DNA of 64,000 bases from the NCBI GenBank assembly GCA_051294375.1, contig CM119263.1, positions 1,518,981 to 1,582,980 on the forward strand, written 5' to 3'. The stretch comes from Paraspadella gotoi. Its lineage: Eukaryota; Animalia; Chaetognatha. Shown here in pieces: positions 32,285-45,433 of this stretch. The number at the start of each line of letters is the position of its first letter. Within the stretch, counting starts at the first letter, position 1. A model generated the notes under the pieces. It saw only the letters and a list, made by a program, of their open reading frames with translations, searched no databases and was not told the DNA's origin. The translations under genes were made by a program, and so were the position numbers.

Positions 32285-33041
32285 TTTATATTTTTGTTTG
32301 TTTACTTTGTGTTCTTTCTTTCTTTACCTTGTATATTTATTGTTTACTTTTTCTTTGGTTTACTTCCGTCGTTTTCTTTTTTTTTTTTTCAGAATAATCC
32401 GCCGCGGCAGCAGCTGCCGATGCTCTTTTTTTTTCAGATTTTCTTTCGGTGGGCGGATTTTTCTCTTCTCGAAAGATTTTTAGATGAAAACTGGTGATAA
32501 CGATTCGTCGTTTTTGTTGTTGTTGTCGTTTATTGTCTCAATCGCTCGTGACTGAGTCTCTCTCTCATCAGGTGGAACCGTGGAAGGGAACGGCTCAGAT
32601 TTGAATTAATCAATAAATCGAATATTCTTGATTAAATTCCAGTGTCGATATTTTAGTTCCTTTTTTTCTAATACTATAAATAGATTTAAATTTCAAATGT
32701 CTGCGTTTTAAAAAAAAAAATTTCGCCATTCTGGTCTAAAAAAAATTGAATAAACAAAAAAAAAAAGAAAGAAAAACTAAATTTTTCTTCTTCGTCTGGA
32801 AGCAAAAGATAAGAGTCTTTCTTGTCCTGATAACGAAATTCATTTATCTACAATTTTTTTTGCGTCACAAGATCGAAAATTCCTTTGAGACTTTGTCCTT
32901 CGTTTCGCAAAATAACATATTTTTCGTCACCTTCGCTGTCTTTTCTATTATTTGGCTTTGCTATTATTTGTCTTTGTCTTTGCTATTCTTTTTCGTTTCT
33001 GCATATTTTATATTTCTTATATTTTTAAAAGAAGAGATAAA

Positions 33042-36000
33042 ATGGCCTCAGCCCCTCCGCCCCATAATCCCAGCGTGGATGTCCCACCTCCCCACAATCC
33101 CGACGTAGGACCCCCTCCGTCTTACCCCGGATTCAAACCGGAATACGCTGGCAAAGGTAAGGTAATTAATGGTAACAATTTCATTACGAATTTTCTTTTC
33201 TTTATACATTATGTATTTTATGAAATGCCAGCACTTTTTTTTGATTACTATAAAAAATGTATTTTTATGATCTTTCTCAGAATATGCCGGTCCTTACCAG
33301 GCCGGCCCTTACCCGGCCGGTCCTGACCCGGCTTATTCCGGTCCTTACCAGGCCGGTCCTTACCCGGCCGGTCCTGACCCGACTTATTCCGGTCCTTACC
33401 AGTCCGGCCCTTACCCGGCCGGTCCTAACCCGGCTTATTCCGGTCCTTACCGGCCTCCTTCTCAACCACAACCCACCGTGATGGACAACCCCGTGGTAGA
33501 GTACTCACCCAGCGGGACGGTTGGTGAGGTCACGGACGACAGGGCGCCCCTTCTCGGAGGATTCAGCGAGAAGGTAAGTTAATCATAAGCGTGAGTCGAT
33601 GTGAATTAGTGAAAAACAAAAAAGAGTTGATCATTGAATCTCTTCTTTATTAACGAAAATTATTAAAAAGATAATTATATTTACCGCGTTGTTCGGTAAA
33701 CAACATACTTAACTTACTTAACTTACCCTCCGGTTGTCAGACAATACGAATGGGCTTTATCCGCAAAGTCTACGGGATCCTCACCGCCCAGTTGGCCGTC
33801 ACCATCGCCATCATGTGCATCTTCCTCTTCTCTAAAACGGTCAAGGTAAGTTAACTCCTAATTAGACGAGGGTAAGCGAAAATGACTAATAGGTTCACAT
33901 GATCAGCTTTATTTTATCATGTAAATAATTTGACTTAACGTCGTTTAATTTTTTACAAATTAATAAGTCAAAATTTTTTCATAATAATTAAATTATTTTA
34001 AACTCGTCCAGTTAAAAATTTATAAGTTACTTATTTTTAATTTATTCGATTATCATAAATGAATTTTAGCAATAATTGAGCCTCACTCGCCCAACCCCTG
34101 TCATCAGAACTACGTGGTGGGTTACGAGAGATTCGGCGTTTACTACGACGGCCACTTGTGGGTCTTGTACACGGCGATGGGGATCACCTTCGCCAGCCTC
34201 GTCTTTCTCATTTGTGTCCCGGGAATCAGGAAGACTTTCCCCTCAAACATCATCTTTTTGGGAATTTTTACCGTTTGCGAGGGAGTCCTTTTGGGTGAGT
34301 CCTTTTGGGTGAGTCCTTTTGGGTGAGTCCTTTTGGGTGAGTCCCTTTTGGGTGAGTCTTTTGGGTGAGTCCTTTTGGGTGAGTCCTTTTGGGTGAGTCC
34401 TTTTGGGTGAGTCCTTTTGGGTGAGTCCTTTTGGGTGAGCCCTTTTGGGTGAGCCCTTTTAGGTGAGTCCTTTTGGGTGAGTCCTTTTGGGTGAGTCCTT
34501 TTGGGTGAGTCCTTTTGGGTGAGTTCCTTTGGGTGAGTCCTTTTGGGTGAGTCCATTTGGGTAAGTCCTTTTGGGTGAGTCCTTTTGGGTGAGACATTTT
34601 AGGTGAGTCCTTTTGAGTAATTCATTTTGGGTGAGTCCTTTTGGGTGAGTCCTTTTGGGTGAGTCCTTTTGGGTGAGCCTTTTGGGTGAGTCCTTTGGGT
34701 GAGTCCTTTTGGGTGAGTCCTTTTGGGTGAGTTCTTTTGAGTAATTCATTTTGGGTGAGTTCTTTTGGGTGATTCTTTTAGATGAGTCCTTTGGGTGAGT
34801 CCTTTGGGTGATTCCTTTGGGTGAGTCCTTTTGGGTGAGTCCTTTTGGGTAAGTCCTTTTGGGTGAGTATTTTTGGGTGAATCCTTTTGGGTGAGTTCTT
34901 TTGGGTGAGTCTTTATGGGTGAGTTTTTAGGACGAAAGGGTGATTTCGTGGTGGATTGGTCACATTTAAATCCAATCGTTGAATGAAATCGATTTTTTAA
35001 AAAGTAAAAATGCCGAATTTTAACTGTCATAAATACTTATTTTAAGATTAACTTTGCGATGAAAAAGTTAAATTATTAAAAAAAGGGAAAACGATGTAAA
35101 AATTAATTAACTATTAAGAATATTTTATAATATTTATTTGAATATTTAAAATTTTATCTTTTTTTGTGTTATAAGGTATCGTGGCATCATTGTTCGCCCC
35201 AGAAGAAGTTCTTGCCGCAGCTGGAATCTGCTGCGTCGTCGTACTTGGACTTACCCTGTTCGCTTTTCAGGTTAAAATGCTGAGGGAAAAATAAATCAAT
35301 ACTATTTTAAAACTGGTATAATCGTTATGAAACATTGTAGTATTACAATAGTTGAATTATCGAATAATTCATTAATTGCAAATTGAAGACAATCGTTCAT
35401 TTTATTTTCTTCTGAAAATGATGAATGTTATATAATTATAATTATAATCTAATATGTACTATGTACATTAAAGAACCGTAATTTGGACGTAATCCTAAAT
35501 TAATTTTTTTGTGAATTCACAGACGAAAATCGACTTCACTGGTTGCGGCGCTGCTCTGTTCGTGACGCTGTTGATCTTCATTTGCTTCGGATTTTTGATG
35601 ATTCCCTTCCACGACCGAGTGAGCTAAATATTTCTTCTAATATATATATATTCATTAAACAATAATTGACCCTCTTTACCGTAAGCGTCCAATTTTAACG
35701 TAAATTCAAAATTTCGTTTATTTTTAGGTTTAATAACTAGGATAAGGCTGTCGAGTAGGTTTAGGATTACCGTTAAGGATTAGGTTAGGGATTTGGTTAG
35801 AGTTTTGGTTAGGGATTAGAGTCTGGTTAGGGGTCGGGATAAGGTTAGGGCTTAGGCATTAGTATTAGGTAATAGGGTAAGGGATTAAGTTAGGGTTTGG
35901 GATAGGGGTTAAGGAATAAATTAAACTTAGAAAAAGAAAAAGATAGATTAGTACTAGATATTAAAATTAAAATTAAATTAAAATAAAATAAAATTAAGGA

Positions 36001-36279
36001 ATAGCAGTCTAAAAGGGGCACTATCGGAAAATAGTGCCCGATACTTAAATTTCACTATTTACCCTAATTCTACCTCAGGCGACTAACATGATCTACAGCG
36101 GGGTGGGCGCCCTCATCTTCTGCTTGTATCTCATATTCGATACTCAGCTCATGATTGGCGGGAAACACAAGTACGCCATCTCGCCTGAGGAATACGTTTT
36201 CGCTGCTTTGAATTTGTACCTCGACGTTATTAACCTTTTCCTCTACATTCTCATGATGGTCGGCGGAGGAAAAAAGTGA
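33042..36279 (+). CDS. GRINA: Protein lifeguard / GRINA-like TMBIM (Bax inhibitor-1 family) membrane protein
   Basis: Seven phase-consistent GT-AG exons: 33042-33156, 33281-33573, 33741-33845, 34108-34294, 35176-35270, 35523-35618, 36079-36279. Pro/Gly/Tyr N-terminus, then FSEKTIRMGFIRKVYGILTAQL...FPSNIIFLGIFT...LTLFAFQTKIDFT...YLIFDTQLMIGGKHKYAISPEEYVFAALNLYLDVINLFLYIL. GRINA vs FAIM2/TMBIM1 is assigned only from the GPY-repeat N-terminus. Confidence 0.95.
33289..33450 (+). repeat. Coding 51-bp tandem repeat x3 (GPYQAGPYPAGPDPAYS)
   Basis: In exon 2 of the lifeguard gene; 17-codon unit. Confidence 0.9.
34283..34925 (+). repeat. 14-bp minisatellite (GAGTCCTTTTGGGT)~45 made of the exon-4/intron-4 junction
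   Basis: The first unit begins 12 nt inside exon 4; most units reproduce TGG|GTGAGT; degeneracy increases 3'-ward. Confidence 0.95.
35724..35914 (+). repeat. Degenerate TTAGGG-like interstitial repeat in lifeguard intron 6
   Basis: ttaggg/ttagga/taaggg/atagggg hexamer variants; short complementary ccctaa runs at ~26155-26200 and ~29635. Confidence 0.7.
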
Positions 36280-36826
36280 GGAGAGACCTCACCTCGACCT
36301 CACCGCGAACTTACCTTTCAGCGAAATACTAGTTGTTCAAAAACGGTCATAACCATCTTAATTATTTTTAATTCTTTGTAATTATAAATAATATTGGTGA
36401 AACGGTCGTCACCTTTTTTTTTAACATAATGGGAAGACAACGATAAATTTTTATTTATTAAACCAGTAAGTTTTTATGAGGAGGAATAAATATTATGTAT
36501 ATATTTTTTCTGCGATTTGAATATAAAATTGAATAGTGGATTTATATTGCGAGGATGAAACTTGATTAATCTTGATTAATCTATGTAAAGAAAAAACTAC
36601 ATAAAATATATATAAAGAATATACGTAAAAAATAAATAAAAACTATTTCAAACTAGTTAGTAATCATTTAATTATCAGTTATTTATCAGAAAGAAATAAT
36701 AAAATGGAATATTAAATGCACGAAAAAAAAATGATTGAAAGGATTTTTTGTACAATTTCTTCAATATCTTCTTTTTCTTTTATAACTATACTCCGCTGTT
36801 GACCCATCTCCATGAAAGAACACACA

Positions 36827-36873
<47 letters not shown>

Positions 36874-37825
36874 CTCTCTTCTCCCGCTCTTCCTCCACGT
36901 GCTCCGTGCAGCTGCTGCAACGATTTTATTCTCTTCCTCTTCCGCCTCCTCTTCGTATCTCATGCATCCACTCTTCCTCATCCGAGGCTTATGAATCCCT
37001 CCCGAAACGTTTTACCGCCATCTCGCGAATTTGCGGTAAACTTTGCGATTTATGTAACAGAAGAAAAGGCAAAAAGTGAAAATAAAAACCTTTGTTTAAG
37101 AAATCACATGTTATTATTACAGTAGAACTCCGAATGTCTTAAGTACATTTTTCACTTTTCTAAAAAACTTAAATAAAGTTGATACATCCGCAAGCCATTA
37201 AATTGTAAATCTCCATAAAATGATAAATTAATAACACAGTTAATAATTATATATCTCCATAACCTAGACCTCCTCCATAATTTATGTTTTGTGTAATAAT
37301 ATTTTACTTGAATTCAAAACATTTTAAACAAGATCCATTTAACTATTTTCTCCCTTCATATAACATTTTATTTAAAGAGATTCATTGAAATTTGAAGTAT
37401 AATTAATAATTGTTAGTGTTGGCATATCCAATATCCAATAATGCACAGAACGACTATACCGTATACCTATATGTTATAATAAAGCTATTTTGAAGACATT
37501 TCGTTTTTTGATTACAAACATTTATGATAATTATATATAATATGTTCATAATTTATGTACTTTTTAATTCAGAGATTTCGTCGTGAATTTCTTTTCGTTT
37601 CGTTGTGTTTTGAATTAGTAGAAGATGTTTGAAATTGATTTCAACAACGATTTTTATTGCAACAAGATGTACATGTTTCGGCTTTAGAGATGTACAAGCC
37701 TCCATCAGCCTTTCAAACGTCTTTTACTAATTCAGAGATTGAAAAATATTATCTCAAAATGATCATAATCTAATTAATCATCGTTTTTTAAAAAAAAATT
37801 GAATACGTACATACTAAGGTGTAGT

Positions 37826-37936
37826 CAAAGTTACATACGAAAATTCTAAAAGTCAATTATGAACAACATACCATCAGTGAATATTAATTTGTAAAAAAAA
37901 ATTAATTTTCTGTTTTTTAATTTTCGCAGTAGGCTA
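37826..37936 (+). repeat. Dispersed repeat family C (homologue at ~23624-23730; duplicate ~15242-15360)
   Basis: aaagttac.ta..aaa.t..aaaagtcaattatgaacaacata.catcagtga...ttttcgcag.aggct shared. Confidence 0.7.
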
Positions 37937-39699
37937 TATGAAATGAAGATATAATATATAAAAAATATAAATAAATATATAAATAAATAAATAAATAAAA
38001 AGATAGAAGGAATAAAGAAAGGCAAGAAAAAGATTGGCAGAATAAATGAAAACTAAAATATTTAAATTTGAAGAATTTTACTTATTCTTAAAATCTATTA
38101 TTTAAATAGTAAAGCCTCACTTACATAAATTTTAATTTTTATTGTTATGGTAAGTTATTAATTATTTTATAAACAAGAATATAAGAAGATAATATTCAAC
38201 AAATTCTTGGAAGATTCCTTAGTCCTCATCAAAGCCCTTTTTCTAATAAATATGTTTAACACGCTTAAGTAGTGAACTTAATTTATGACCCAAAAAAAAA
38301 AAACATCTTATACATTACTCCCCCTGACAGTTAAGATTGACAGCCCGTTTTTAATGAACGGTTATTGCCTTTTGAAAATTACAAGGCGGGATTGAGACAG
38401 TCTCAGTCTGAATCCCGATTGGTCCAAAATGCGAAAGTTCATTCCGATTGGTTCGTTAAATGTGATTCTCAATTCAGACGACGAACGAGTCTTTCTAACG
38501 AAATTAAGACTTTGTTAAAGTGAAACTAAAAAAAAAAAAACTGCTTGACGAAAACGGTCAAATACCAGAATTGCTATATTGGTTAGATCCGATGAAATAC
38601 TATTTTCATTTAATAAAAATAAACATAAAAAAGAATTTAGTAGATACTGTAAAGTTTGAGTAAATTTCTCTCGGCTCTCCCCTTGATCGAGGGACACTGG
38701 ATCCGAGAAGGATGATCGTTACGGCCAGACCCAGTTAACAGATCATCCATCACTGTCAAGAGTTGGCGTCCAACCAGAGGGAAACAATTATTTCAAACGG
38801 CCAATCAAATTCTCTCTCGCATTATTGGTGTTTGGTCGGGGACTTCGTGTTTGAGTTTGAAAAGTATCGACATTTGAAAGCAAATATATTTGTATAAATT
38901 TTTATTCTTTCATTATTTGGAGTTTTACATTCTTTCATGAAGCTTTATTTTGTATTTTTTACAGATGTTATTCGTAGATGGAATTCTCTGTTAGGGTGCT
39001 TAATTTTTAAAATGGAATCAAAAATTTAAATATAAATCATTAAAACTTGCAAATTAATAATCTATATAAATTTTTTTTATAACATAAAGTTTTTTTTTAA
39101 TTTGAAAAAATGGTATAATATAATAAAATCAAAAATTAAAAAAAATGATATTCTGAATTTTTTTTCTGGCTAATTTGAATTCCTCGTAAAACGTTTAAAT
39201 TGAAAAGAGATTTTCTTTTTAAAAACAGCCGAATGTTTAAACTTAAATACTAATTAAAAATAATTTTTATTTAAATAATATTTTTTAGGATTTGTATTTG
39301 AATTTTATCATACTACAACTGTCACTTTATCTTATTCCCTATCTCTGACAATCACGGGGATATTTTCAACACCAGGAAATTCTTGGCCTAGTGAAGGGGC
39401 AAGGCTCGATCTTAATTAAGAGCCCAGGCCCCTCGGAGGGCCTACACTTGCCGAGTATTTTTCGTTACTATTTTGATAAATTTAAGTTTTAAATCCATAA
39501 TGGATAAATATTTATTCAATGACGCAAAAGACAACATTAATCTATAACTATAATGTGCAGATTCCTCAAAAAAATTAGTGCAGGTGTGAATTTAACGCAT
39601 GACAGAACTTATAATTTAATTAGAGTGCAATAACGATTCGGGCCACCAAGATATCACAAAAGTCCAACTCCCACCCTTTCCTTCCCCCACTCCGATATC

Positions 39700-42600
39700 C
39701 GTGTCCCTGATCGCCTTCAGTCTTTGCCGATTAATCCTCCCGCCCCCTTTTGGTTCAGCCACCGATATTTTTCTTTCATGGTGCGACTTGAATACGTAGT
39801 CGCCCCATAAACGCGATCCATCACGAATTCTCTCTCTCTCTCTCTCTTTCTCCATCCCGCCCTCCCATTGATGCCAACGCCGGGAAATAATCCGACCTGG
39901 AATTTAGGCCTCGACGATCGGCAATCGCGATTCCGATCTTTGGCCATGTCCGGCACAGTGAACTTCCTTCAAAGGACAAAATATCCTATTTTTTTGGTAA
40001 AAATCAGGTTTTTTTTTAATTCGATGCAACTAACTTAGAAACATTAACATTTTAATCTTCAAATAATAAATAATGGGATAATTTCTCTCTCTCTTTGTTT
40101 TTGTTATTATTTCTGATTTGAGCCTTCGTTCAGCCATAAGTTTCTTGAGGCTTTGCTGCTCCGCGGCGTCGCACGCGTCGGTCCTGCTGCTGCGTATCTC
40201 GTTGGCAGAGGAAGAGAAAGAGGATGAGAAGCAACAAGGAGATTTAGGAGGAGAAAGAGGAACGTTTTAGGCAGGCGGAGGAGGAAGAGGAACGAAAGGG
40301 AAGAGGTGGAGTGCTTCGATTGGAATTTCAGACGCTCTGCTGGTGAGAAAGAATGAAAGAAAAAAAGAAAAAAAGAAAAAAAGAGAAATGGATCGTTTCA
40401 ATAATTGATGCGGAAAAAAATCCGCAGAGAAAAATAATATGGGATGAAACAAAAAGAACAAGAAAACCAGAGAAGTTAAAAACATACGTGGATACTGTTA
40501 TATTTGGGCTTTATATATACTTGCCAGTATTTCCGACCCTTATAAGAAAATTAACGCGTTATGGTGGACTAAAATCCAAACCATTCATCAAGCGGCCATT
40601 GGTCCGGAGGCAAGTCATTCGCCTCCCAACCCAAAGGTCCGGGGTTCTAGCCCGGTGGTCTTCTGGCAGTTAAGAGGGACGGGGCGCTTAACCCGCCTGT
40701 AACACGGTGTTACAGCCTGATCCGAAGCTCAGGGACTGCTTATATTGAGCGGTTCTGTCACTAACACATGACAATAATTAATGTCTTTCACTGTATTTAT
40801 TGAATATAGAAAATTTTATTATATTGGTTTTACCAATTTCATACGTATTTATTTGCAAACTTAAGTAAAAATAATTGAATAGTGTTTACACTTTATAAAA
40901 TGTAATCATTTTTTTAGATCTTATAATTCCCACTGAAATTATTAATATGAAAAAGAACGACTTAAAGTAACGAGAGGAGAGAGGGTCGCCATGCCTCTCT
41001 GTGAGTGCCGATAGCCCCCACACTTAATGTGCCCAGTGGGCTTGGGAGATTTTTCCGTCAGTTACCTTGCTTTCCGATACTTATGTTCTGGCAGTAAGGT
41101 TGTTACCGGTGGCTTTACCGGCCCGTCACTCTTTTTGCAAGGACTGTTCTGACCAGGGCTAGAACCCGTAAATAAATAATAAAAGCTAAAAAACGTTCAA
41201 CAGGTATGCATTAAGTAAAAAAAATGTATGGACTTTACCTTTCTTTGTGTAAGCCTGTATTGTATGAAATACTCATCTAAAATAATTATTTTCACTCTAT
41301 TATTCGCAGAAAATAAAAGGGGGCGATATGAAAAAAAAGACCAATATTTTATCAAGCAGTGTAAAATGCCATAACATTTTTTGTTGTCCAAATAATCGAA
41401 ATCAGCTATTATTTTTTTTATCTAGCTAAATAATGGTTAATGCTAAAATGTCCGTCAATGCCTGCCAGTAATTACTTGTACTCTGCTTCCCAATCCCGTC
41501 ACTTACGGCGCCATAATAAACTCAATGTTTATCATTTGAAACATAACATAATTTAAAGATAACCGTGATAAAAACTATTTTTGTATCTGCTCAAGCTGTG
41601 CTGAGTTCTTTCCATTTAGGAAAAAAAGCTCAAAGGTGTCTGCCATAAATATTTATATACTTCCCCCCGTTTTATTTGGAATGATTCATTCTATCAAATT
41701 TAAGATTAATCCATTAAAAATCTATTATATTGTAAAATAGGAAAAAAAAACAAATGAAAGGAGAATAAAGTATGAAAATATGATTATGGTGCAAAGATAA
41801 AATAATAAGTCAATGTTAGGGATGGAGTAAGTCGGTATGAAATAATGAATAGTATATGGCAATAAAGACTATATATATCAGTAATTTATTCAGTATATAT
41901 TGAGTATGTAAATATAATTTTGCTAATTGAAGAGTTAAATTTGACTTATAAGCGGAAATATTCAGAAATTAATAGTTAGAATTTAATTAAAAAATTAATT
42001 CTAATTCTGATTAAAAATTAACAAATCCCCTTTTGATGAACAAATTAAGCGGAAGATTTGACAAGAATTGATTTCTTGGTTAATGATTCTTATTTCCTCT
42101 CGTTTATTCTCCTTCAAATGATCATCCAGACTTTAAGACAAAGACCACACTGACTTCTCGCTCATTCGCGACAAAATATGACCAAGTTTCATGCAGACTT
42201 CAATTAATAACAGATTTCTCTCTCCTCCTTCCTGTCCGCTCGACTCTCGTCTCTCTTCTCTTCTCTCGTCTCTCAAAACAAAAAAACCAAAACCCGGCCA
42301 TTCAATTTTTAATAGTCGCAAAAATATAGATTTTGTGAAAATAAAAAAAAAAGATAATGTTTTCGACAGCCTAATAAAAAGTTTGATATTTAAAGAAAAT
42401 TTGAAATATAATTTTTAAATTACTGAAAAAAGAAATATAGTAACTAAACCAGTCGAGGACTCTCCTTTCCAAAAGATAAAATGGAACAGTCTTGTCCTAA
42501 AAATTAAAAAAAATGAAGGGAGTCTGAGGATCCGAATCTAGATTGTCATTTCGTGACATGGAACCGAGAGACCAGCGTCGAGAAATATTCTCCTCCGTCG

Positions 42601-42745
42601 GCAACGTCGCATTAATGTATTCTTTTCATGTCCCTTTTGCTTTTGACTTCGACGTTCGATGGAGGGATTAACCTCAGCGGCGGCGTCAACCGCGGCCGGA
42701 CGCGGCGGAGCCGGGGCATCGTCGTCGCTGCCCTGCGGAGGCCTG
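39700..42745 (-). other. Possible additional spliced gene (GC-rich exon candidates ~42735-42676, ~40320-40125, ~39968-39898)
   Basis: Pyrimidine tract+AG acceptors precede GC-rich open stretches (e.g. ...DACDAAEQQSLKKLMAERR|KFTVPDMAKDRNRDC...). No recognisable domain and junctions are uncertain. Confidence 0.25.
40560..40790 (+). mobile_element. tRNA-derived SINE-like element, family B
   Basis: A-box-like TGGTCCGGAGG (~40600) and B-box-like GGTTCTAGCCC (~40643) with tRNA spacing; internal palindrome TGTAACACGGTGTTACA; three copies in window. Confidence 0.75.
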
Positions 42746-43066
42746 GCGCGGCGAAAGCGTGCGCCGCGGCGGAAGGGAAGATGAAATTACTCGTTTGGGC
42801 TTCGTCTTTGTCGATAACGAGGAAAAGCGTACTGTGAAAAGGTGTAATATTTTCGTTAAGGAAAGTTTAAAAGGATTTATTATTGATATGGTATATTCGA
42901 ATACCATTTCTACTTAAAATACATCAGAGGTTTGTTTAAAAATTCATTGAAGAGTCTTATTTATTTCAGATTTCTTTTATAGCTTATTTATTAGATGACT
43001 GGATCATTTTTATATTGATTTTACCAATTTTATTAAATTCAGCTCCTTGTAATTTGATGCTTTGCG

Positions 43067-43592
43067 GAGTACAATATAGTATTCCCCGATCTAATACATA
43101 AAGCAGTGGTCTTTTCATACAATTGAAACAATCTTTGAAATATTATACCACTTCATTGATAGGGAAGCCAGGTACTCTGGGAGTGAATAAACGACACTGT
43201 GAGAGTCTTGATTGAAAGCTTGCAGGGACCTGCTATGTCATTATCTTGTAAGAGTGATGGAGGTCTTAAACCAGCAAAGCTTGTCCACAGTCAGGGGCAA
43301 GATAGTGAAGAGACAGTGATTATTGTTGTGTTAGTGACAGAACCGTTCAATATAAGCAGTCCCTGAGCTTCGGATCAGGCTGTAACATCGTGTTAAAGGC
43401 GGGTTAAGCGCCCCGTCCCTCTTAACTGCTAGGTGGCCACCGGGCTAGAACCCCGGACCTTTGGGTTGGGAGGCGAAGGACTTGCCTCCGGCTCCAATGG
43501 CCACTGATGAACGGTTGGTGGATTTTAGTCCACCATAATAGCTTATTTATTAAATGAATGGATGGTTTTTAGATTGGTTGTACCAATTTCAT
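43067..43592 (+). mobile_element. Repeat family A copy interrupted by a family B insertion
   Basis: Family A sequence ...caagatag|cttatttatt... is split at 43305/43538. Confidence 0.85.
43306..43537 (-). mobile_element. SINE-like family B copy with ATAG target-site duplication
   Basis: Flanked by ATAG at 43302-43305 and 43538-43541; uninterrupted family A copies have a single ATAG. Confidence 0.8.
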
Positions 43593-44510
43593 TACAATTT
43601 CATTTCATAGATTTTCGTTCACCACAATTTAACACTTTTATTATAATTTCATTTAAATTAATTCGAGAGAAGGCATTTTTTACACATTGATGAACTGCGA
43701 AAATTAACAGAACATAAGATATGGCGATGAGAAAATCAAATATTCAGATTAAATTTTTGAAATTCTTGTTAAATATCTGAAATGTTCGAAATCTCCTTTG
43801 TAAAGTGAAGATTTGAGAGTTTGTTATTTTATTTAATATTTCCAAACCATAAAGTTTTAGTTTACAAAAACAATTTGGTTATATATTGATATTCCACAAC
43901 GATTTTAAAAAAATAATTTGGATTTTTTTTATTTTGAAATTTCGTGATACGCCACAGAAACTGTAAATAAGACGTTCAAGTTTCTTTTAAAGATTAAACG
44001 TTTACTTTAAAAATATTAATAAAAAATAATTGGGTTCTCAGTATTTTCAGTTCCTAATAAAAATAATTATTTCTTATTCTAAATATACCTAAATAAAAAA
44101 CACCAAAGCCAGGAGGCAAAACAGCTTGCGTTTAAATGGTGGGTGATTTTGGTATTCATTACACTAGTTTGATACGTTTTCGAGCTTTCATTTAAACTGT
44201 AAACTGTAAAGTCAATTTCTATTTGTTTTCGTACTTTTCTTGATTTCTTTCTTTTTTAAATCACTTTCTTACGATTTTAATTTTTCTCCCAAGATATTTT
44301 TATTTTCCTTTGTCAAGTTTTCTTTCCTTTCCGACATTACATATTTCTTAAACGTTTATTAAAATTGGTGTAACCATTCATTGCCCTTTGCGTTATGATT
44401 TCTATTTGCTATTTGACAAGATATATGATCTTTTGGGGGTTATTTCTTCCTATTATTCTCTTTTGTATCTTTCTTCATTTAATTATTTTTTTTTTATCAT
44501 TTTTTGTTTT

Positions 44511-44581
<71 letters not shown>

Positions 44582-44582
44582 C

Positions 44583-44614
<32 letters not shown>

Positions 44615-44847
44615 TCCTTCTGGTATTTTTCGTTTGATTTATTCTTTATTTGCCTTCTATATATTTTTCTGTTTTTCTTTTTCTGAAATAATATTTCTCT
44701 CTTTTTCTCTCTCTGTCTTTCTATCTCACTTTCACTTTTTCTCTCTCTTCCTGCTTTTCACGGACGAGTCACGTGGAAGTGAAACGAGAATCTCGCGTCG
44801 AGAAAAAGTGCAAATCAGCGCAGAATCTGCAACTTGGGAAGGCTGCT

Positions 44848-44905
<58 letters not shown>

Positions 44906-45029
44906 ATCCTTGTTTTCTTTCCTCGTTGTCGTTCGAAATGTCGTCGTCGTTTTAATCATCATCCTCAGCATCATTCTCGTCGTCGTCGTCGTTCGTGTCG
45001 TCGTCGTCATTGCTGCTGCCTGCTTCCTT

Positions 45030-45125
<96 letters not shown>

Positions 45126-45346
45126 CTCTCAGTCAGATCGCTTCATTCTCTCATTCCTTCTCCTTCCTTCGCCGCGAGAAACGTCTGAAAATTTTCTCTT
45201 CGTCGCGAGAGAGAGAGCTTCGACTCAGAGCGAGAGCGAGTGTTCGTCTCTAGAACCTCAAGCTCTTTTTTTTTCCCTTTGGCTTCAACTGAGAAAAAGG
45301 AAAAAAAACGAAACCTTTTTTGTGTCGCCGCTTGGAAAGCGTCTCT

Positions 45347-45433
<87 letters not shown>

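Noticed and set aside
34283-34925. CRISPR-like array or coding repeat (ORFs with DSPKRTHPKGLTQK)
   Set aside because: Head-to-tail 14-mers with no unique spacers, in a eukaryotic intron; the ORFs are by-products of the repeat.
40590-40665. Functional tRNA gene
   Set aside because: Only A/B-box-like motifs; acceptor and anticodon stems do not pair well, and it sits in a dispersed repeat.
43504-43537. CTGATGA in family B as a hammerhead core
   Set aside because: No stem II followed by GAAA, and the 40.6-kb copy reads TTGATGA.
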